Assembly (NCBI GenBank): GCA_964558645.1 | Contig: CAZLEV010000003.1 | Location: 192,001 to 256,000 of the forward strand | Direction of reading: 5' to 3' | DNA: 64,000 nt | Source: an uncultured archaeon | Lineage (GTDB): Archaea > Asgardarchaeota > Thorarchaeia > Thorarchaeales > Thorarchaeaceae | Shown: positions 19,740 through 30,385 of the stretch, in pieces | Position numbering within the stretch: position 1 is the first letter of the stretch | Layout of the letters: each line of letters begins with the position of its first letter | Translations under genes and position numbers: made by a program | The notes under the pieces: generated by a model | What the model was told of the DNA's origin: nothing | The model's database searches: none | What the model saw: only the letters and a program-made list of their open reading frames with translations

Positions 19740-21884
19740 TCACTGCCTTCTCCTGAACGCCACGAATATGCCAACTGATGCGAAGGCGATTGCTACAGCC
19801 ACCGCAGACATAAGATAGTTGTCATTTTGGGTCTCGTTTGTTGTACGTTCATAGTGGCCTGACACAATCTCGGCGGTATTTCCCCAGATGTCCGTGGCAG
19901 TAATCACCCATTCTGTGGATGTAGCTGTTAACCGGGAAGGTATTGTTCCCAAGTATCCAAGCACTGTTTCATTCATAGCTGCCGATGATGTGAAATTCAG
20001 GTGTCCGACTCTATGCGTCCATTCAAGAGTAACGTTTTGGATGCGCGATCGGTCGTTGATATAGACTCGTATAACCACTCTTTCAGCTGGTATTGGATCG
20101 GCAGGATATTGGTTAATCCTGTTGAGTTCTGGAGGTTCGTTGTCAATGAGTGGGTAGTACCCCTCATTGACAGCTAGTGTCAGTAAGGAACCCGGAGTGA
20201 ACTCAGTGATTATGTATGGTCCGGATCCAACAGCATCCTCGATAGATGGATTCCAAATCGAAAGGTTCTGAGGTTCCCAAATATGTCTTGGAAGAATCGG
20301 CAACTGAGAATAAGACCTGTAGTAGAACGGATTGAGACTATCAACCGTTATTCCTGCCATGAACTCTCCAGTTGTCTTGAGTCCTGATGTCAGATTCGCA
20401 TACTCAATCTTTGACTGATTCACTAACAGATTGTAGGTAAAACGATAATCCTCGCTATCCAGATTGAGGCCATCGGTCCAGTTAGCATTTGGGTCGCAGT
20501 AGAACCTAACGCGCGTCTGGTCTGGCCTGATATCAGATATGGTGCCGCGGTATAATACATCCCATGAAGTGGAGGCTCTAGGCACGTACTCTCTCTCGGG
20601 TGATAACGCAACAGCAGTGTCATATACCAGAAGATAGGGGTTGAATTGCTCTGAAACCGCCCAATCGTGGTCAAGAGTATCAGTGGAGTCTAACGGGTTA
20701 GGCGTCTTGAAGAACTCAGTGAAGTACTTGGGTAGCACTGCGACTCGGAGGGTGTTGTCACTATCGGGTTTCGCTGTGACTGTTGCTGCCGTCCAGACCC
20801 CAAAGGCACCACCATTCCAGTCATCAGGCCAGTTGTCGAAATTCGCGGTGCTATACGCCGAGAGCCATCGATAGTTGAAGAGGGGGATGACTGGGCATCT
20901 ATCTCTGATTACTCTCATGCCGTCCATCACTGCAGTCTGCCTGGTCTTGAGTGAGAACGAGTCTTCATACTGGAAGACAGCATTGTTTACCTCGCTGTCA
21001 GCTATCTGTGCCATGTTCTCTCCTAATTCATTTCTCCTTGATGAATGGAAAGTTGTGAGGCCCCATTGTGGGTTGCTCATGGTGAAATCTACTGTGGTGA
21101 TTGCCATATCGTAGGTGAGATTATGGGCTCCCAGTCCGCTCTGAATGATTGTATTCAACTCAGGTTCGATCGTGCAGTTGATTCCGACGGAATGAAGGTT
21201 GGAATGGATTATTCCTGCAGCAGAAGCCATTCCCTGAACATCAGCAGGGTATGTCAGCCTCAGAGAGAAATCGCTGCCATTCGGGGCTTCCACATATCCA
21301 TCATCATCAACATCTAGCATGTCTCCTTGGCCCAACACCCATCGGGCTGCATTCACATCAGAATTGTAAAAATGCCCGCCCTCCTCTCTTTCTACTGAGA
21401 GAGGGTCTCCAAGAAAAATGGGTAAGTCTACAGGATCAACTTGGTTGTTGAAAGAGAAATCTGCAATCGCTGTCTTGTTGATAGCATATGCAATTGCCTG
21501 CCTCAAATGATAGGAGCTCAAGGGATATGTCTTGGCATTCAGTGAAAGCCAGCACTGTTGTCTGTCATGGGCCCACTGCTTAACGACATTCGTCAAACCG
21601 TCCAGAATTGAGTAGTCCGCGGCTTCGATTCTATGTCCGAACAAGTCCGCCTCTCCTTCGTTGATTGCCTGTAGGGCATCAAGCATTGTGGAGTATTCGA
21701 TGACTTGGATTTGTTCCAGTGTGCCTATACTATAGATAGGATACTCGGTGTTCTCACTCGTGACAAATCGTGTTTCAATGTCTTGGAGCGATTCGGTATT
21801 GGTTTCGTTTATGACCGGCGAGAGAAGTGTGACAATCATAGTGACCAATGCAAGAACCAAGGTCGTCGTGCGTCGTCGGTTCAT
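19740..21884 (-). CDS. ABC family-5 (peptide/nickel type) solute-binding protein, circularly permuted, C-terminal TM anchor
   Basis: LRQAIAYAINK, DVDDDGY, PVIPLF, NWTDG..SEDYRFTY, LPILPRHIW, GSGPY motifs; signal peptide; TM plus RRRQ. Confidence 0.8.
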   Translation of the reverse strand: MNRRRTTTLVLALVTMIVTLLSPVINETNTESLQDIETRFVTSENTEYPIYSIGTLEQIQVIEYSTMLDALQAINEGEADLFGHRIEAADYSILDGLTNVVKQWAHDRQQCWLSLNAKTYPLSSYHLRQAIAYAINKTAIADFSFNNQVDPVDLPIFLGDPLSVEREEGGHFYNSDVNAARWVLGQGDMLDVDDDGYVEAPNGSDFSLRLTYPADVQGMASAAGIIHSNLHSVGINCTIEPELNTIIQSGLGAHNLTYDMAITTVDFTMSNPQWGLTTFHSSRRNELGENMAQIADSEVNNAVFQYEDSFSLKTRQTAVMDGMRVIRDRCPVIPLFNYRWLSAYSTANFDNWPDDWNGGAFGVWTAATVTAKPDSDNTLRVAVLPKYFTEFFKTPNPLDSTDTLDHDWAVSEQFNPYLLVYDTAVALSPEREYVPRASTSWDVLYRGTISDIRPDQTRVRFYCDPNANWTDGLNLDSEDYRFTYNLLVNQSKIEYANLTSGLKTTGEFMAGITVDSLNPFYYRSYSQLPILPRHIWEPQNLSIWNPSIEDAVGSGPYIITEFTPGSLLTLAVNEGYYPLIDNEPPELNRINQYPADPIPAERVVIRVYINDRSRIQNVTLEWTHRVGHLNFTSSAAMNETVLGYLGTIPSRLTATSTEWVITATDIWGNTAEIVSGHYERTTNETQNDNYLMSAVAVAIAFASVGIFVAFRRRQ

Positions 21885-21991
21885 TCAAAGGGTCTCTCCG
21901 TAGCAAAGTCCAAGCCCAAGACGGCTTGCCCTCTGTTGCATTGCCGTGGCAAAATAAGAGTATGGATAGACGCTTGTGTTTTCTTGATTCT

Positions 21992-24091
21992 TCAGGTGAT
22001 TCGAAGCAGCTCTCTCATTTTCTCGATGCCATGGGTTGGCAGTTTGCAATTATGGTCGATGCAGACGTGGACTGTCGGCTTTCCATCGACTTCGTTGTAG
22101 AATCGAGCATAGGGGGCCATCCTATCTATCTCCTTGATTTGTTTCTGGTTCCCTTTCAGAATGACAACAGATTGGGGCAGATAGGCATTGCGAATGACTT
22201 GTATCATGTCCAAGGTCCGGTCGTCGTCTGGTTCTCCTGCGATGACGACCTCTAATGACTGCCCGGTCATATATTGCAGAGCGGCCATCATCATTGAGTG
22301 ACCTGCAGGTGCAGCTTCAAGGTTGGAGGCAAATGCCTCAAAGACTCCTTCTGCGTAGCTTTCGAATTCCGTGCTACCAGTAAGTCGCGATAATCTGATT
22401 AGGTTGAAAGCCGCGATGGAATTGCCTGAAGGGATGGCCCCGTCGTATGCATTCTTCTCTCGTGTGATGAGCTCTTCGGAGTTCTTTCCAGTGAAGTAGA
22501 ATCCACCGGCTTTCTGGTCCCAGAACTCTTCAATGGTGATCTCTTGTAGACGGATGGCTTCCTTCAGGTAGTCTGGGTCAAATGTCGTCTGATAGAGCTC
22601 AATAAGGGCCCAAGTAAAGAAGACATAGTCGTCGAGAAAGCCAGCAATGCCAGCTTCTCCGTGTCGATAACGATGCAGTAATATTCCCTCCCGTTGCAGA
22701 TGCGAGAGGACGAATTCCGTGGCTTCAGTGGCGAGAGAGGTATACTGCTCGTCAATGAATCGTCCTGCCATGGCCAGAGCCGCTATCATGAGAGCATTCC
22801 AGTCTGTGAGGATCTTGTCGTCAAGGTGTGGCTTAATCCTCTCTTCTCGAGCCTTGAACAGCGTGGATAGTGCGCCGTGTAGAATCTGAGTGACCTCTTC
22901 AGGAGGTTTGGACAAAATCTCTGCAATCCCATCAATCCCACGTGAAAGATGTGGAATATTCCTGCCTGTATTCTTACCAGTGGATTCATCCTTGAAGTTA
23001 CCATCTGGCCTGATGCTGTATGCCTCAACGAAGACTCTCATTTGCTCTGGCTCCAAGAGCGACTCAATCTCTTCATATTCCCAGACATAGAATCTGCCTT
23101 CCTCTCCTTCAGAGTCGGCATCCTGAGCAGAGAAAAAGCCTCCTCTTTCATCTCTGAGCTCTCTACTGACATAGTCTGTAATTTCGTTCACGACGTCAGC
23201 ATACTCTCGTTTTCCAGTGGCCACGTATGTTTCCACATAAGCTATCATCATCATAGCTTGGTCATAGAGCATCTTCTCAAAATGAGGTACAAGCCATTCG
23301 TTATCGGTAGAATAGCGGTGAAATCCCTTTCCAACTTGGTCAAAGATGCCTCCTCTCCGCATCTCTTGGAGAGTCTTTTCGGCCATCTCCAGCGCATTAG
23401 GTTCTTCTGTGTTCTTCCAGTGTCTAAGAAGCAAGAGCATGTTGTGGGGCGATGGGAATTTGGGGGCTCTTCCGAATCCACCTCTCTCATCATCGTATCG
23501 TCTACCGAGAGCTGATACAGCCTGAGTTACTAGCCGTTCACTGGGCAGAGAACCCCCGCTTGTTTGCAGGTCTCGTTGGAGAGCTGACTTGATTCTGGCA
23601 ACGACCTCTTGGATATTGCTCTGATCCTTGTCCCATAGTTCCTTGATTTTCGGTATGAGTGATGATAGTCCAATCTGACCATATCGGCTGTTCTTCGGGA
23701 TGTATGTTCCTGCGAAGAAGGGCTCCTTGTCCGGCGTCATGATGATCGTAAGAGGCCAACCACCTCTCCCCGTCATCATCTGGGCTACTTTCATGTATGC
23801 CTTGTCGATATCTGGCCTCTCTTCTCGGTCGACCTTGATATTGACGAAGGCTTCATTCATGAGGCTAGCAATATCATCATCTTCGAATGACTCGTGAGCC
23901 ATTACGTGACACCAATGGCAAGTTGAGTAACCTATTGACAAGAAGATTGGCTTGCTGTCTCTTCGCGCCTGCTCGAAGGCCTCCTCTGACCATGGATACC
24001 AATCTACTGGGTTATCTGCATGTTGAAGAAGATAAGGACTGTTCTCCTCAGCCAAGCGGTTTCCGGATTCAGATTCTCTCTCTGAGGACAT
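21992..24091 (-). CDS. Thioredoxin-domain/six-hairpin protein (YyaL/DUF255, SPATA20-like)
   Basis: [65 protein letters not shown]. Confidence 0.93.
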   Translation of the reverse strand: MSSERESESGNRLAEENSPYLLQHADNPVDWYPWSEEAFEQARRDSKPIFLSIGYSTCHWCHVMAHESFEDDDIASLMNEAFVNIKVDREERPDIDKAYMKVAQMMTGRGGWPLTIIMTPDKEPFFAGTYIPKNSRYGQIGLSSLIPKIKELWDKDQSNIQEVVARIKSALQRDLQTSGGSLPSERLVTQAVSALGRRYDDERGGFGRAPKFPSPHNMLLLLRHWKNTEEPNALEMAEKTLQEMRRGGIFDQVGKGFHRYSTDNEWLVPHFEKMLYDQAMMMIAYVETYVATGKREYADVVNEITDYVSRELRDERGGFFSAQDADSEGEEGRFYVWEYEEIESLLEPEQMRVFVEAYSIRPDGNFKDESTGKNTGRNIPHLSRGIDGIAEILSKPPEEVTQILHGALSTLFKAREERIKPHLDDKILTDWNALMIAALAMAGRFIDEQYTSLATEATEFVLSHLQREGILLHRYRHGEAGIAGFLDDYVFFTWALIELYQTTFDPDYLKEAIRLQEITIEEFWDQKAGGFYFTGKNSEELITREKNAYDGAIPSGNSIAAFNLIRLSRLTGSTEFESYAEGVFEAFASNLEAAPAGHSMMMAALQYMTGQSLEVVIAGEPDDDRTLDMIQVIRNAYLPQSVVILKGNQKQIKEIDRMAPYARFYNEVDGKPTVHVCIDHNCKLPTHGIEKMRELLRIT

Positions 24092-24391
24092 GTTTACTCA
24101 TGCCTATCCAATAACAATAGTTAATCAATCTTTCGCTGCCTAAGTGTGCAACAGTTTGGAACATTCGATGACAGTCTTGTGAGAAACAGAGATCAAGCAG
24201 ATAACTAGCTGGGTCAACTGATGGAATCACATTACGATTCCATGGAATCACTTGAGCAAGAGCAAGTCATGACGGCATGGATGCGGCAGAATTGCCACTG
24301 TATCGACGGACAACTCTCTTGTGCACCAGATTGTGCAAGTCAAAATGAACATTTCAAAAGGGATGACTAGACGACAATTGTCAGGACGAAA

Positions 24392-24411
24392 GTGATCCCC
24401 GAAGGGATCAC
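24392..24411 (-). terminator. Perfect 8-bp hairpin with C(UUCG)G tetraloop
   Basis: Minus strand GTGATCCC-TTCG-GGGATCAC then TTTC, 23 nt after the stop at 24435. Confidence 0.6.
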
Positions 24412-24434
24412 CTCGAAAGATCTGAAATCTACGA

Positions 24435-24827
24435 CTAATCGGATGTAGTTCTGACCCGCACTTCTGCTGAGCTTCTCACCGCTTGACGCCAGGTTCTGAA
24501 ACTACCCCACATGACTGGAATGGTTGCGGCTAGAAGCAGAATCAGGATAAGTAGGGTATTTACAATGGGTGTCTGTGTGCTAGGCATTCCCGGTCCTGCG
24601 AGTTGGTCTAGCCACCAGCCATGAAGCACCATGAGAGTGGAAGGAATCGTCAGAATCGTTAGAATGAAAAAGGTGAGGAAGCCTCGCCGCGGACTAGCCT
24701 GAATGAATCTAGCGAACACTCCAAGATGTCTGTGTTTCTGCCATTTCGATCCTTCCTGAACGATGAAGAAGATGAGGAAGAGCACAAGCAATAGGATCAA
24801 TGGAACCAATGTAATCTCGAACCACAA
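24435..24827 (-). CDS. Small membrane protein (3 TM), unknown function
   Basis: 130 aa, three hydrophobic helices, downstream hairpin. Confidence 0.7.
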   Translation of the reverse strand: MWFEITLVPLILLLVLFLIFFIVQEGSKWQKHRHLGVFARFIQASPRRGFLTFFILTILTIPSTLMVLHGWWLDQLAGPGMPSTQTPIVNTLLILILLLAATIPVMWGSFRTWRQAVRSSAEVRVRTTSD

Positions 24828-24980
24828 TTTGGTCTGTCTCCCTTAGGGTCTTATGAGCAGACCGCATAGCATTGAGGATTTAAAGGCTATGGTCAACGAA
24901 TCCTGGGATATGACAAGAAGCAGATTTAAGCAGAAGTATGTTTCTTGTGTATCACCGAGGATTCTATTCAGTGATCAGAG

Positions 24981-25361
24981 GTGTTTGAGATGGAAGAATC
25001 AGCTACGTCAATCGGCCTGAAGAAATATCTACGAGTATTCCCAATATTTGGACTGCTCTTCTACTACATCGGAGGGCTAGTCACAAGTCTTGATGTCTCT
25101 GAATCTACGGTATTCATCATCCAGACCGTGGCATTCAGCATAGTCCTCTTGGTTGGGCTATTCATTCTTGACATACGTCTTGTCATCGTGGGTGCTTTTC
25201 TCGCCCTAATTGGGACAGCATGGTCAGTGTTCTACTTGATTCAAAGTCTGAGTCAAGGACTGATTGGTTTCCGTGCGGTTGGTGGTGCATTCAATATTGT
25301 GGCTGACTTTTTCTTCGTGTTGACAGTATACACCTGGATCAAAGCCTCGCCACAGGTGTAG
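24981..25361 (+). CDS. Small membrane protein (4 TM), unknown function
   Basis: 126 aa, four hydrophobic segments; TTTAAG TATA-like upstream. Confidence 0.7.
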   Translation: MFEMEESATSIGLKKYLRVFPIFGLLFYYIGGLVTSLDVSESTVFIIQTVAFSIVLLVGLFILDIRLVIVGAFLALIGTAWSVFYLIQSLSQGLIGFRAVGGAFNIVADFFFVLTVYTWIKASPQV

Positions 25362-25406
25362 CTTGTTCAGGCAATTCTCTTACAGGTGTGTCTGTTCTTG
25401 GATGGC

Positions 25407-26480
25407 CTAGTCTATGTGACATTTCAGCATCTCTTTGCCGAATACTTCAGGGCCCAAACATCTGTTACATCGTATGCATGATGCACTCGTCAGTCCCTTT
25501 CTCAAGTCACGGATAAGACTAGGATTACGAATGAAAGGACGACTCATGCTCACCATATCACACAAGTCGCTTTCGATGACATATGTCATGGTTTCCAGCG
25601 ATTTGAAGCCGTTGACAAGTGCCATCAGACTTGGCTTTGTTTTGGCCCGGATTCTGGCGGCGTGTCCTGCAAAAGGTAGGTCTCTTAGAGCAGGATCACC
25701 GTGATTGGCTCTCGACTTGAGCTTCTCTTGACGACCCACTCCACCTCCACTGATTTCTAACAGGTCAATCCCCTTCTCCAGCATTCGCTGGGCGGCAACT
25801 ATACTATCCTCAATTGTAAATCCGTTGGGACTGAAATCGTCACAGTTCAATTTCAGCAAGACTGGCGTACTGCCAACATTGTATCGAATTTCATCGTAAA
25901 CTGCTTCCAAAAGGGCCATTCGACTCCTAAGGCTGCCCCCCCATTTGTCGCTGCGTCGGTTTACAAGCCTGCTGAGGAATTGGCTGATCAGGTAGCCGTG
26001 AGCTGCGTGGACCTGTACTCCATCGAATCCTGCACTCATTGCTCTTTGTGCAGCATCACCAAAGGCCGTTATGATACTCTGGATTTCGTCTTCTGACATT
26101 GCTCGAGAACGCCAGCCTTCCCCTATGTACTCGCTCGGGCCGATGCGATTTGGCTTGTGCTGGATTCCGGCATGGTTGAGCTGAGCCACTACGCTCCCTC
26201 CATGTTCATGAACAGCCTCTGCGATACATCTGAGCCCTGGTATGTGTTTGTCGTCACTGATTCCTGCCATCCCCTGATGGGCCTTGCCGCTTCTTTGTAC
26301 ATACAAGTGGCCAGTCACGATAAGGCCTACTTCTCCCCTTGCCAGGTCACGGTATAAGTCAACTATAGGTTGCCTTACAGTCCCGTCCTTCTGCGCGTAT
26401 GCGGACGTTGTGGCACTTCTCATGAAGCGATTCTTGATTCTAATCTTCCCAACTTCCAGAGGTTCAAAGAGAGAGTCCAT
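25407..26480 (-). CDS. NADH:flavin oxidoreductase (Old Yellow Enzyme family)
   Basis: KNRFMRSAT, AQLNHAG, AGFDGVQVHAAHGYLISQFLS, NRRSDKWGGSL, C-terminal CIRCNRC. Confidence 0.92.
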   Translation of the reverse strand: MDSLFEPLEVGKIRIKNRFMRSATTSAYAQKDGTVRQPIVDLYRDLARGEVGLIVTGHLYVQRSGKAHQGMAGISDDKHIPGLRCIAEAVHEHGGSVVAQLNHAGIQHKPNRIGPSEYIGEGWRSRAMSEDEIQSIITAFGDAAQRAMSAGFDGVQVHAAHGYLISQFLSRLVNRRSDKWGGSLRSRMALLEAVYDEIRYNVGSTPVLLKLNCDDFSPNGFTIEDSIVAAQRMLEKGIDLLEISGGGVGRQEKLKSRANHGDPALRDLPFAGHAARIRAKTKPSLMALVNGFKSLETMTYVIESDLCDMVSMSRPFIRNPSLIRDLRKGLTSASCIRCNRCLGPEVFGKEMLKCHID

Positions 26481-26675
26481 AGCTGAAGGTAGGTGATTGT
26501 CTATACAAGAATATCGTTGTCGCTAAAATGGACTAGGCTCAAAGCTGGTTCAAACACCTCTCGATTGTGCATCACTAAACCGAATGAGCAGAGTCCTCAG
26601 GTAATCTCTGAGAGATGAACTTGCGTCTTTCTGAACAGAGTACTAACTGTTCAAGCTGAGTCGAAACGAACATGT

Positions 26676-28367
26676 CTAGTAGTATATCGCTTTGAACTTG
26701 AACTGGTTCTCAAACATCTTCTCAAGCTCTCTGAGAGTTGTTGCATCTTCTGGCCCCTTGTCATATCTGATTGCAGTGATGCGGGCGAATCGGAGGGCCA
26801 TGCCAGACCTATACTTGGGACTCTTCTGAATCTCCGATGCAAGCACCTCAACCACAATCTCAGGCCTCACCCTGACAAGCTTCGACCCGGATTCTATTGC
26901 GATTTCCTGGAGTCTTCTCGTGATTTCTAGGAACTCCTGATCGCTGAGGCCCTTGAATGTCTTTCCAACCATCTCGAAAGAACCGGTTTCTTCATTACGG
27001 ACGGCAAGGTGATAGTCTGATAGCCACCTGTGCCTCCTTCCGTGTCCCCATTCAGCAGCGATTATGACAAGGTCAAGGGGATCGAGGATGTGCTTGACCT
27101 TGAACCAGTTTTTTCCTCTAGTCCCTGGAACATACCCCGAGCTGGTTCTCTTCACCATCACGCCCTCATGGCCCAGACGCTTGCTTCTCTCGAAGAACTT
27201 CGTGGCTGCTGCAAGATTGTCGGTTTCCAGTGTTTCGATTTGCAGCTTCAGCGGTAACACGGCCTCGAGAGTCTGTCTCCGCTCTGTGTACGGGAGATGC
27301 ACAAGATCTCTTCCATCGAGATAGAGTATGTCGAAGATGAAAGGCCTAAGTGTGATGTTCTTCGATTTCTTTTCGGTGTCCGAAGTGCTGCCATACCTTC
27401 TCATAACAACTTGAAAGGGGTAGGGTCGTCCATCTCCATTCAGAGCGATGACCTCCCCGTCTAGAATAGCCGAAGATACACTGAGGTTCTGTCTGATTTC
27501 CTCCTCCACCTCGGGCATGCTCTCTGTAACATCAGACAGTCGCCGAGAGTAGATTCTTATCATCCCATCCTGCTTATGTACTTGGATACGTGCTCCGTCG
27601 AGTTTGAACTCGAGAGCTGTTTTGCCCTCAATATCATTCAATGCTCTTTCTAGATCATCTGCCGCTGTAGCCAGCATTGGCTTGACAGGTCTGAACATCT
27701 CTATCTTGATTTCCCGCAATCCCTTATCCCCAAGACTAGTTGCAGTTTCTGCGACGGTATGGATATCTCCTGAGTAGTGCCATGCTCTTCGAGTCAGGTC
27801 CGGGTCCGTTTGGAAGGCCTTTGCGATAGCGTCAATCACAAGCCCTTCTGACATGCCGGTACGAAGGTCCCCGAGAATGATTGCAGCAAGATATCTCCCC
27901 TCTAATGGTGTGGCATCTCTGAAGAGGCCTGCAAGTATAGCCTCCCGCTCACGTTTAGAGCCGGGTCCTTCGGCTTGAGCAATTGCGTCGAATGCAGTCC
28001 TAACTCGGTCGATTGTGAGTTGCTCAGCGAGGAGACCTGACTGGCGGGCATATTCGTTGGAGCTGAGGAGGTGTTGAATCGCCTCTCCTGCGTCTCCGCC
28101 GTATGCCTTCTCCATGTCCTGTTCATCGAACTGGACGACTTTGTGTAGTGCATCCTTCAGTGTAGACCACGAGGTCTTCAGTGTTCTACTATCTCGTTCT
28201 GAAAAGCCCTTTCCTGAAAGAAAGAGAGTGGCTGTTCCAATCTCAGACTTCTCCAGTTTCTTGAGAAGACCTGCCGCTAGTGAAGTCTTCTCGAGCCGGC
28301 TTGTCACCCGGGTAATACTCTGGAGTGTATCTGCCAGTTCTTGGAACAGAGTCATATCATACACCAT
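26676..28367 (-). CDS. lig: Archaeal ATP-dependent DNA ligase
   Basis: KPMLA, motif I EFKLDGARIQVH, LDGE, FDIL, EGVMVK, WFKVK, LRFARI..IRYDK. Confidence 0.95.
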   Translation of the reverse strand: MVYDMTLFQELADTLQSITRVTSRLEKTSLAAGLLKKLEKSEIGTATLFLSGKGFSERDSRTLKTSWSTLKDALHKVVQFDEQDMEKAYGGDAGEAIQHLLSSNEYARQSGLLAEQLTIDRVRTAFDAIAQAEGPGSKREREAILAGLFRDATPLEGRYLAAIILGDLRTGMSEGLVIDAIAKAFQTDPDLTRRAWHYSGDIHTVAETATSLGDKGLREIKIEMFRPVKPMLATAADDLERALNDIEGKTALEFKLDGARIQVHKQDGMIRIYSRRLSDVTESMPEVEEEIRQNLSVSSAILDGEVIALNGDGRPYPFQVVMRRYGSTSDTEKKSKNITLRPFIFDILYLDGRDLVHLPYTERRQTLEAVLPLKLQIETLETDNLAAATKFFERSKRLGHEGVMVKRTSSGYVPGTRGKNWFKVKHILDPLDLVIIAAEWGHGRRHRWLSDYHLAVRNEETGSFEMVGKTFKGLSDQEFLEITRRLQEIAIESGSKLVRVRPEIVVEVLASEIQKSPKYRSGMALRFARITAIRYDKGPEDATTLRELEKMFENQFKFKAIYY

Positions 28368-28454
28368 CTACGTCTTGGAAGTATCTTCTTTTGCAGGAAT
28401 ACCCAGTACATAATGCCTATATTTGAACCCGTCATGTCATTCACGTGAAAAAGG

Positions 28455-29045
28455 ATGCCTCGAAGTATCTGGTTGTCCAAGAAAGGGCTTCTGTATCTGT
28501 CCTCCATTATACTGCTCCTTGGGGGTGGTGCGGTCATCCTTAGTGCACCCTATCACTATTATGGCTTCGTGGCTGGAGAGGGTGATAGACAACCATTCGA
28601 CATCTGGAATCTTCCTGGGTACTATGAGCAGTTGGAGATCTCTGTCACTGTTGGGGCCGTGAACGTTTCTGTCATATCTGTGGACTTCAGGATTGTGGAA
28701 AACCGAACAGATGAAGTGTACATTCTCAACATGACTCTCGACTCACAAGACACTATACCAGGCAGCAATCCGCCGGTTCGCGTTAAGAGAGAGGTAATTG
28801 ATGTTCCATACGGCAATTATACAATATACATAGATAGTGTGGAAGGTGCTAGCTCGATGGATATCAGCTACAAACAGCTAAGTGATTCCCGTACCTACAT
28901 TGTCACTGGTGGGATGATGAATATCATCGGCCTTGCAGCTGGTCTGATCGGTTGGTGTGTATCGGGGTCGGTCATTTCACGTGATCAAGAGATTGTTGTT
29001 GATTGGCAGTATGAGGAAGAATCTGGGCAATATACTGAGGAGTAA
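28455..29045 (+). CDS. Membrane protein: N- and C-terminal TM flanking a beta-rich extracellular domain
   Basis: 196 aa; two hydrophobic helices; N-glycosylation sequons. Confidence 0.7.
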   Translation: MPRSIWLSKKGLLYLSSIILLLGGGAVILSAPYHYYGFVAGEGDRQPFDIWNLPGYYEQLEISVTVGAVNVSVISVDFRIVENRTDEVYILNMTLDSQDTIPGSNPPVRVKREVIDVPYGNYTIYIDSVEGASSMDISYKQLSDSRTYIVTGGMMNIIGLAAGLIGWCVSGSVISRDQEIVVDWQYEEESGQYTEE

Positions 29046-29097
29046 GGCGCAGTCCTCTTTCAGCGTCATCTTAGGAGACGTAATCTGCCAATTTACT

Positions 29098-29131
29098 TAC
29101 ATAATTATCTGTACATAACAATGTATATATT
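29098..29131 (+). promoter_or_regulatory. Tandem TACA-Nn-TGTA palindromes overlapping a TATA box
   Basis: TACA-TAATTATC-TGTA (29098-29113) and TACAT-AACA-ATGTA (29112-29125) abut TATATATT about 30 nt upstream of the HTH gene. Confidence 0.4.
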
Positions 29132-29157
29132 TGAGTAGGGTCGTATCTGTAGATTGA

Positions 29158-29469
29158 GTGAACCTGATGCAAAACGGTCCTGATATCTCAAGAGTTGGCA
29201 TCTCCGATGCTATGAGCATGGTACTGAAGGTCCTGAGTGAAGGAACTGCTCTCTCCATCTCCGAACTTGCACGAAAGACCGGTCTTGATCGGAGAACGGT
29301 AGACAAGGTCGTCGACATGCTGCTTGAAGCGCAGAACGCATTAAGTTTCAAGAAGCTCACAAAGAGGAAACTCGGTCGAAGCTATGCGGTAGCGCTCAGA
29401 GAGCGAACCAAGAAGGCAAAGGAACGGATTTCCAATGCTGGCAAGCGTCTGAAGAGAGGTAGAGACTGA
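29158..29469 (+). CDS. Small winged-helix DNA-binding protein
   Basis: ALSISELARKTGLDRRTVDKVV HTH; basic C-terminus. Confidence 0.75.
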   Translation: MNLMQNGPDISRVGISDAMSMVLKVLSEGTALSISELARKTGLDRRTVDKVVDMLLEAQNALSFKKLTKRKLGRSYAVALRERTKKAKERISNAGKRLKRGRD

Positions 29470-29471
29470 CC

Positions 29472-29996
29472 GTGTCTGTCAAGGTTGGAATCTTTCTTAC
29501 CGCATCTATGACGCTATTAGGTGCTGTTACGAGCTACTCTCTCTGGCTTGCATATGGTGGGAGTGTTGGTGTACAGGTGCTAGTGACTCTGCTTATAGCG
29601 TCAGTAGGTGAGCACTACGTATCAGGGAAAGGATACTATCACTACACTCCGAAGAATGGAGTCTTCATCGGACGAGTACCCCTTTGGATCCCCTTCATGT
29701 GGGTCTTTGTGGTTCAGCTCACATATCTGATTCCTCTCTCATTGGGGGTCTCAGGTCATGGTCTTTCTGTCGTTGCGGGTCTCCTGGGATTGGTTCTCGA
29801 TATGGTTATGGTTGAGCCGATTCTCTGCAGAATGAGAGAACTATGGAGTTGGACTCCCGTTCCCGGGGGCTACTTCAGTTTCGTGCCTGCTCAGCTGAAC
29901 AGGTTCATAGCACCGTTCGGCAACTACTTCGTGTGGTTTGTATTTCCGTTCCTGATGACCTTACTCCTGCAACTCTGTCACATAGTACTGTCTTGA
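29472..29996 (+). CDS. Membrane protein resembling the DUF422/CruF-like carotenoid/lipid-modifying family
   Basis: E..G.GYYHY..., G.VPLWIPFMW, LDMVMVEP, W.W, PFGNYFVWF. Confidence 0.6.
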   Translation: MSVKVGIFLTASMTLLGAVTSYSLWLAYGGSVGVQVLVTLLIASVGEHYVSGKGYYHYTPKNGVFIGRVPLWIPFMWVFVVQLTYLIPLSLGVSGHGLSVVAGLLGLVLDMVMVEPILCRMRELWSWTPVPGGYFSFVPAQLNRFIAPFGNYFVWFVFPFLMTLLLQLCHIVLS

Positions 29997-30079
29997 CCCG
30001 ACTAGAGCACCGTTGTGTGTGTTACCACAGACTTGTCCCTGTTGTACACAATCTAATCTAGTGTTCTGGCCTCTAACAC

Positions 30080-30325
30080 TTGATGAGTACTATGCACGAG
30101 GATGCGATAAAGTGGGTCTTGAAGAACAAAGTCGTCTGCGACTTCCGAGGCTATCCTGTTGGAAGGGTCAAGAAGCTGTGGCTTGACGACGCCAAAGGCC
30201 CCTTGGTGATTGTGGAACGTCGTACTGACCCTATGGCTAGGGCAAGATGGGAGGCAATTCCTCTGACAGCAGTCCACTCAGTATCTGATGAGGTGCGACT
30301 CAAACCACCAGTGTTTGCAGAGTGA
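30080..30325 (+). CDS. PRC-barrel-like small protein
   Basis: NKVVCDFRGYPVGRVKKLWLD...IPLTAVHSVSDEVRLK. Confidence 0.7.
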   Translation: MMSTMHEDAIKWVLKNKVVCDFRGYPVGRVKKLWLDDAKGPLVIVERRTDPMARARWEAIPLTAVHSVSDEVRLKPPVFAE

Positions 30326-30385
30326 GCAACTGTCGATATCATGAGCATAAATCGCATCATTCTGACATAGACGGAGGAATATGCA

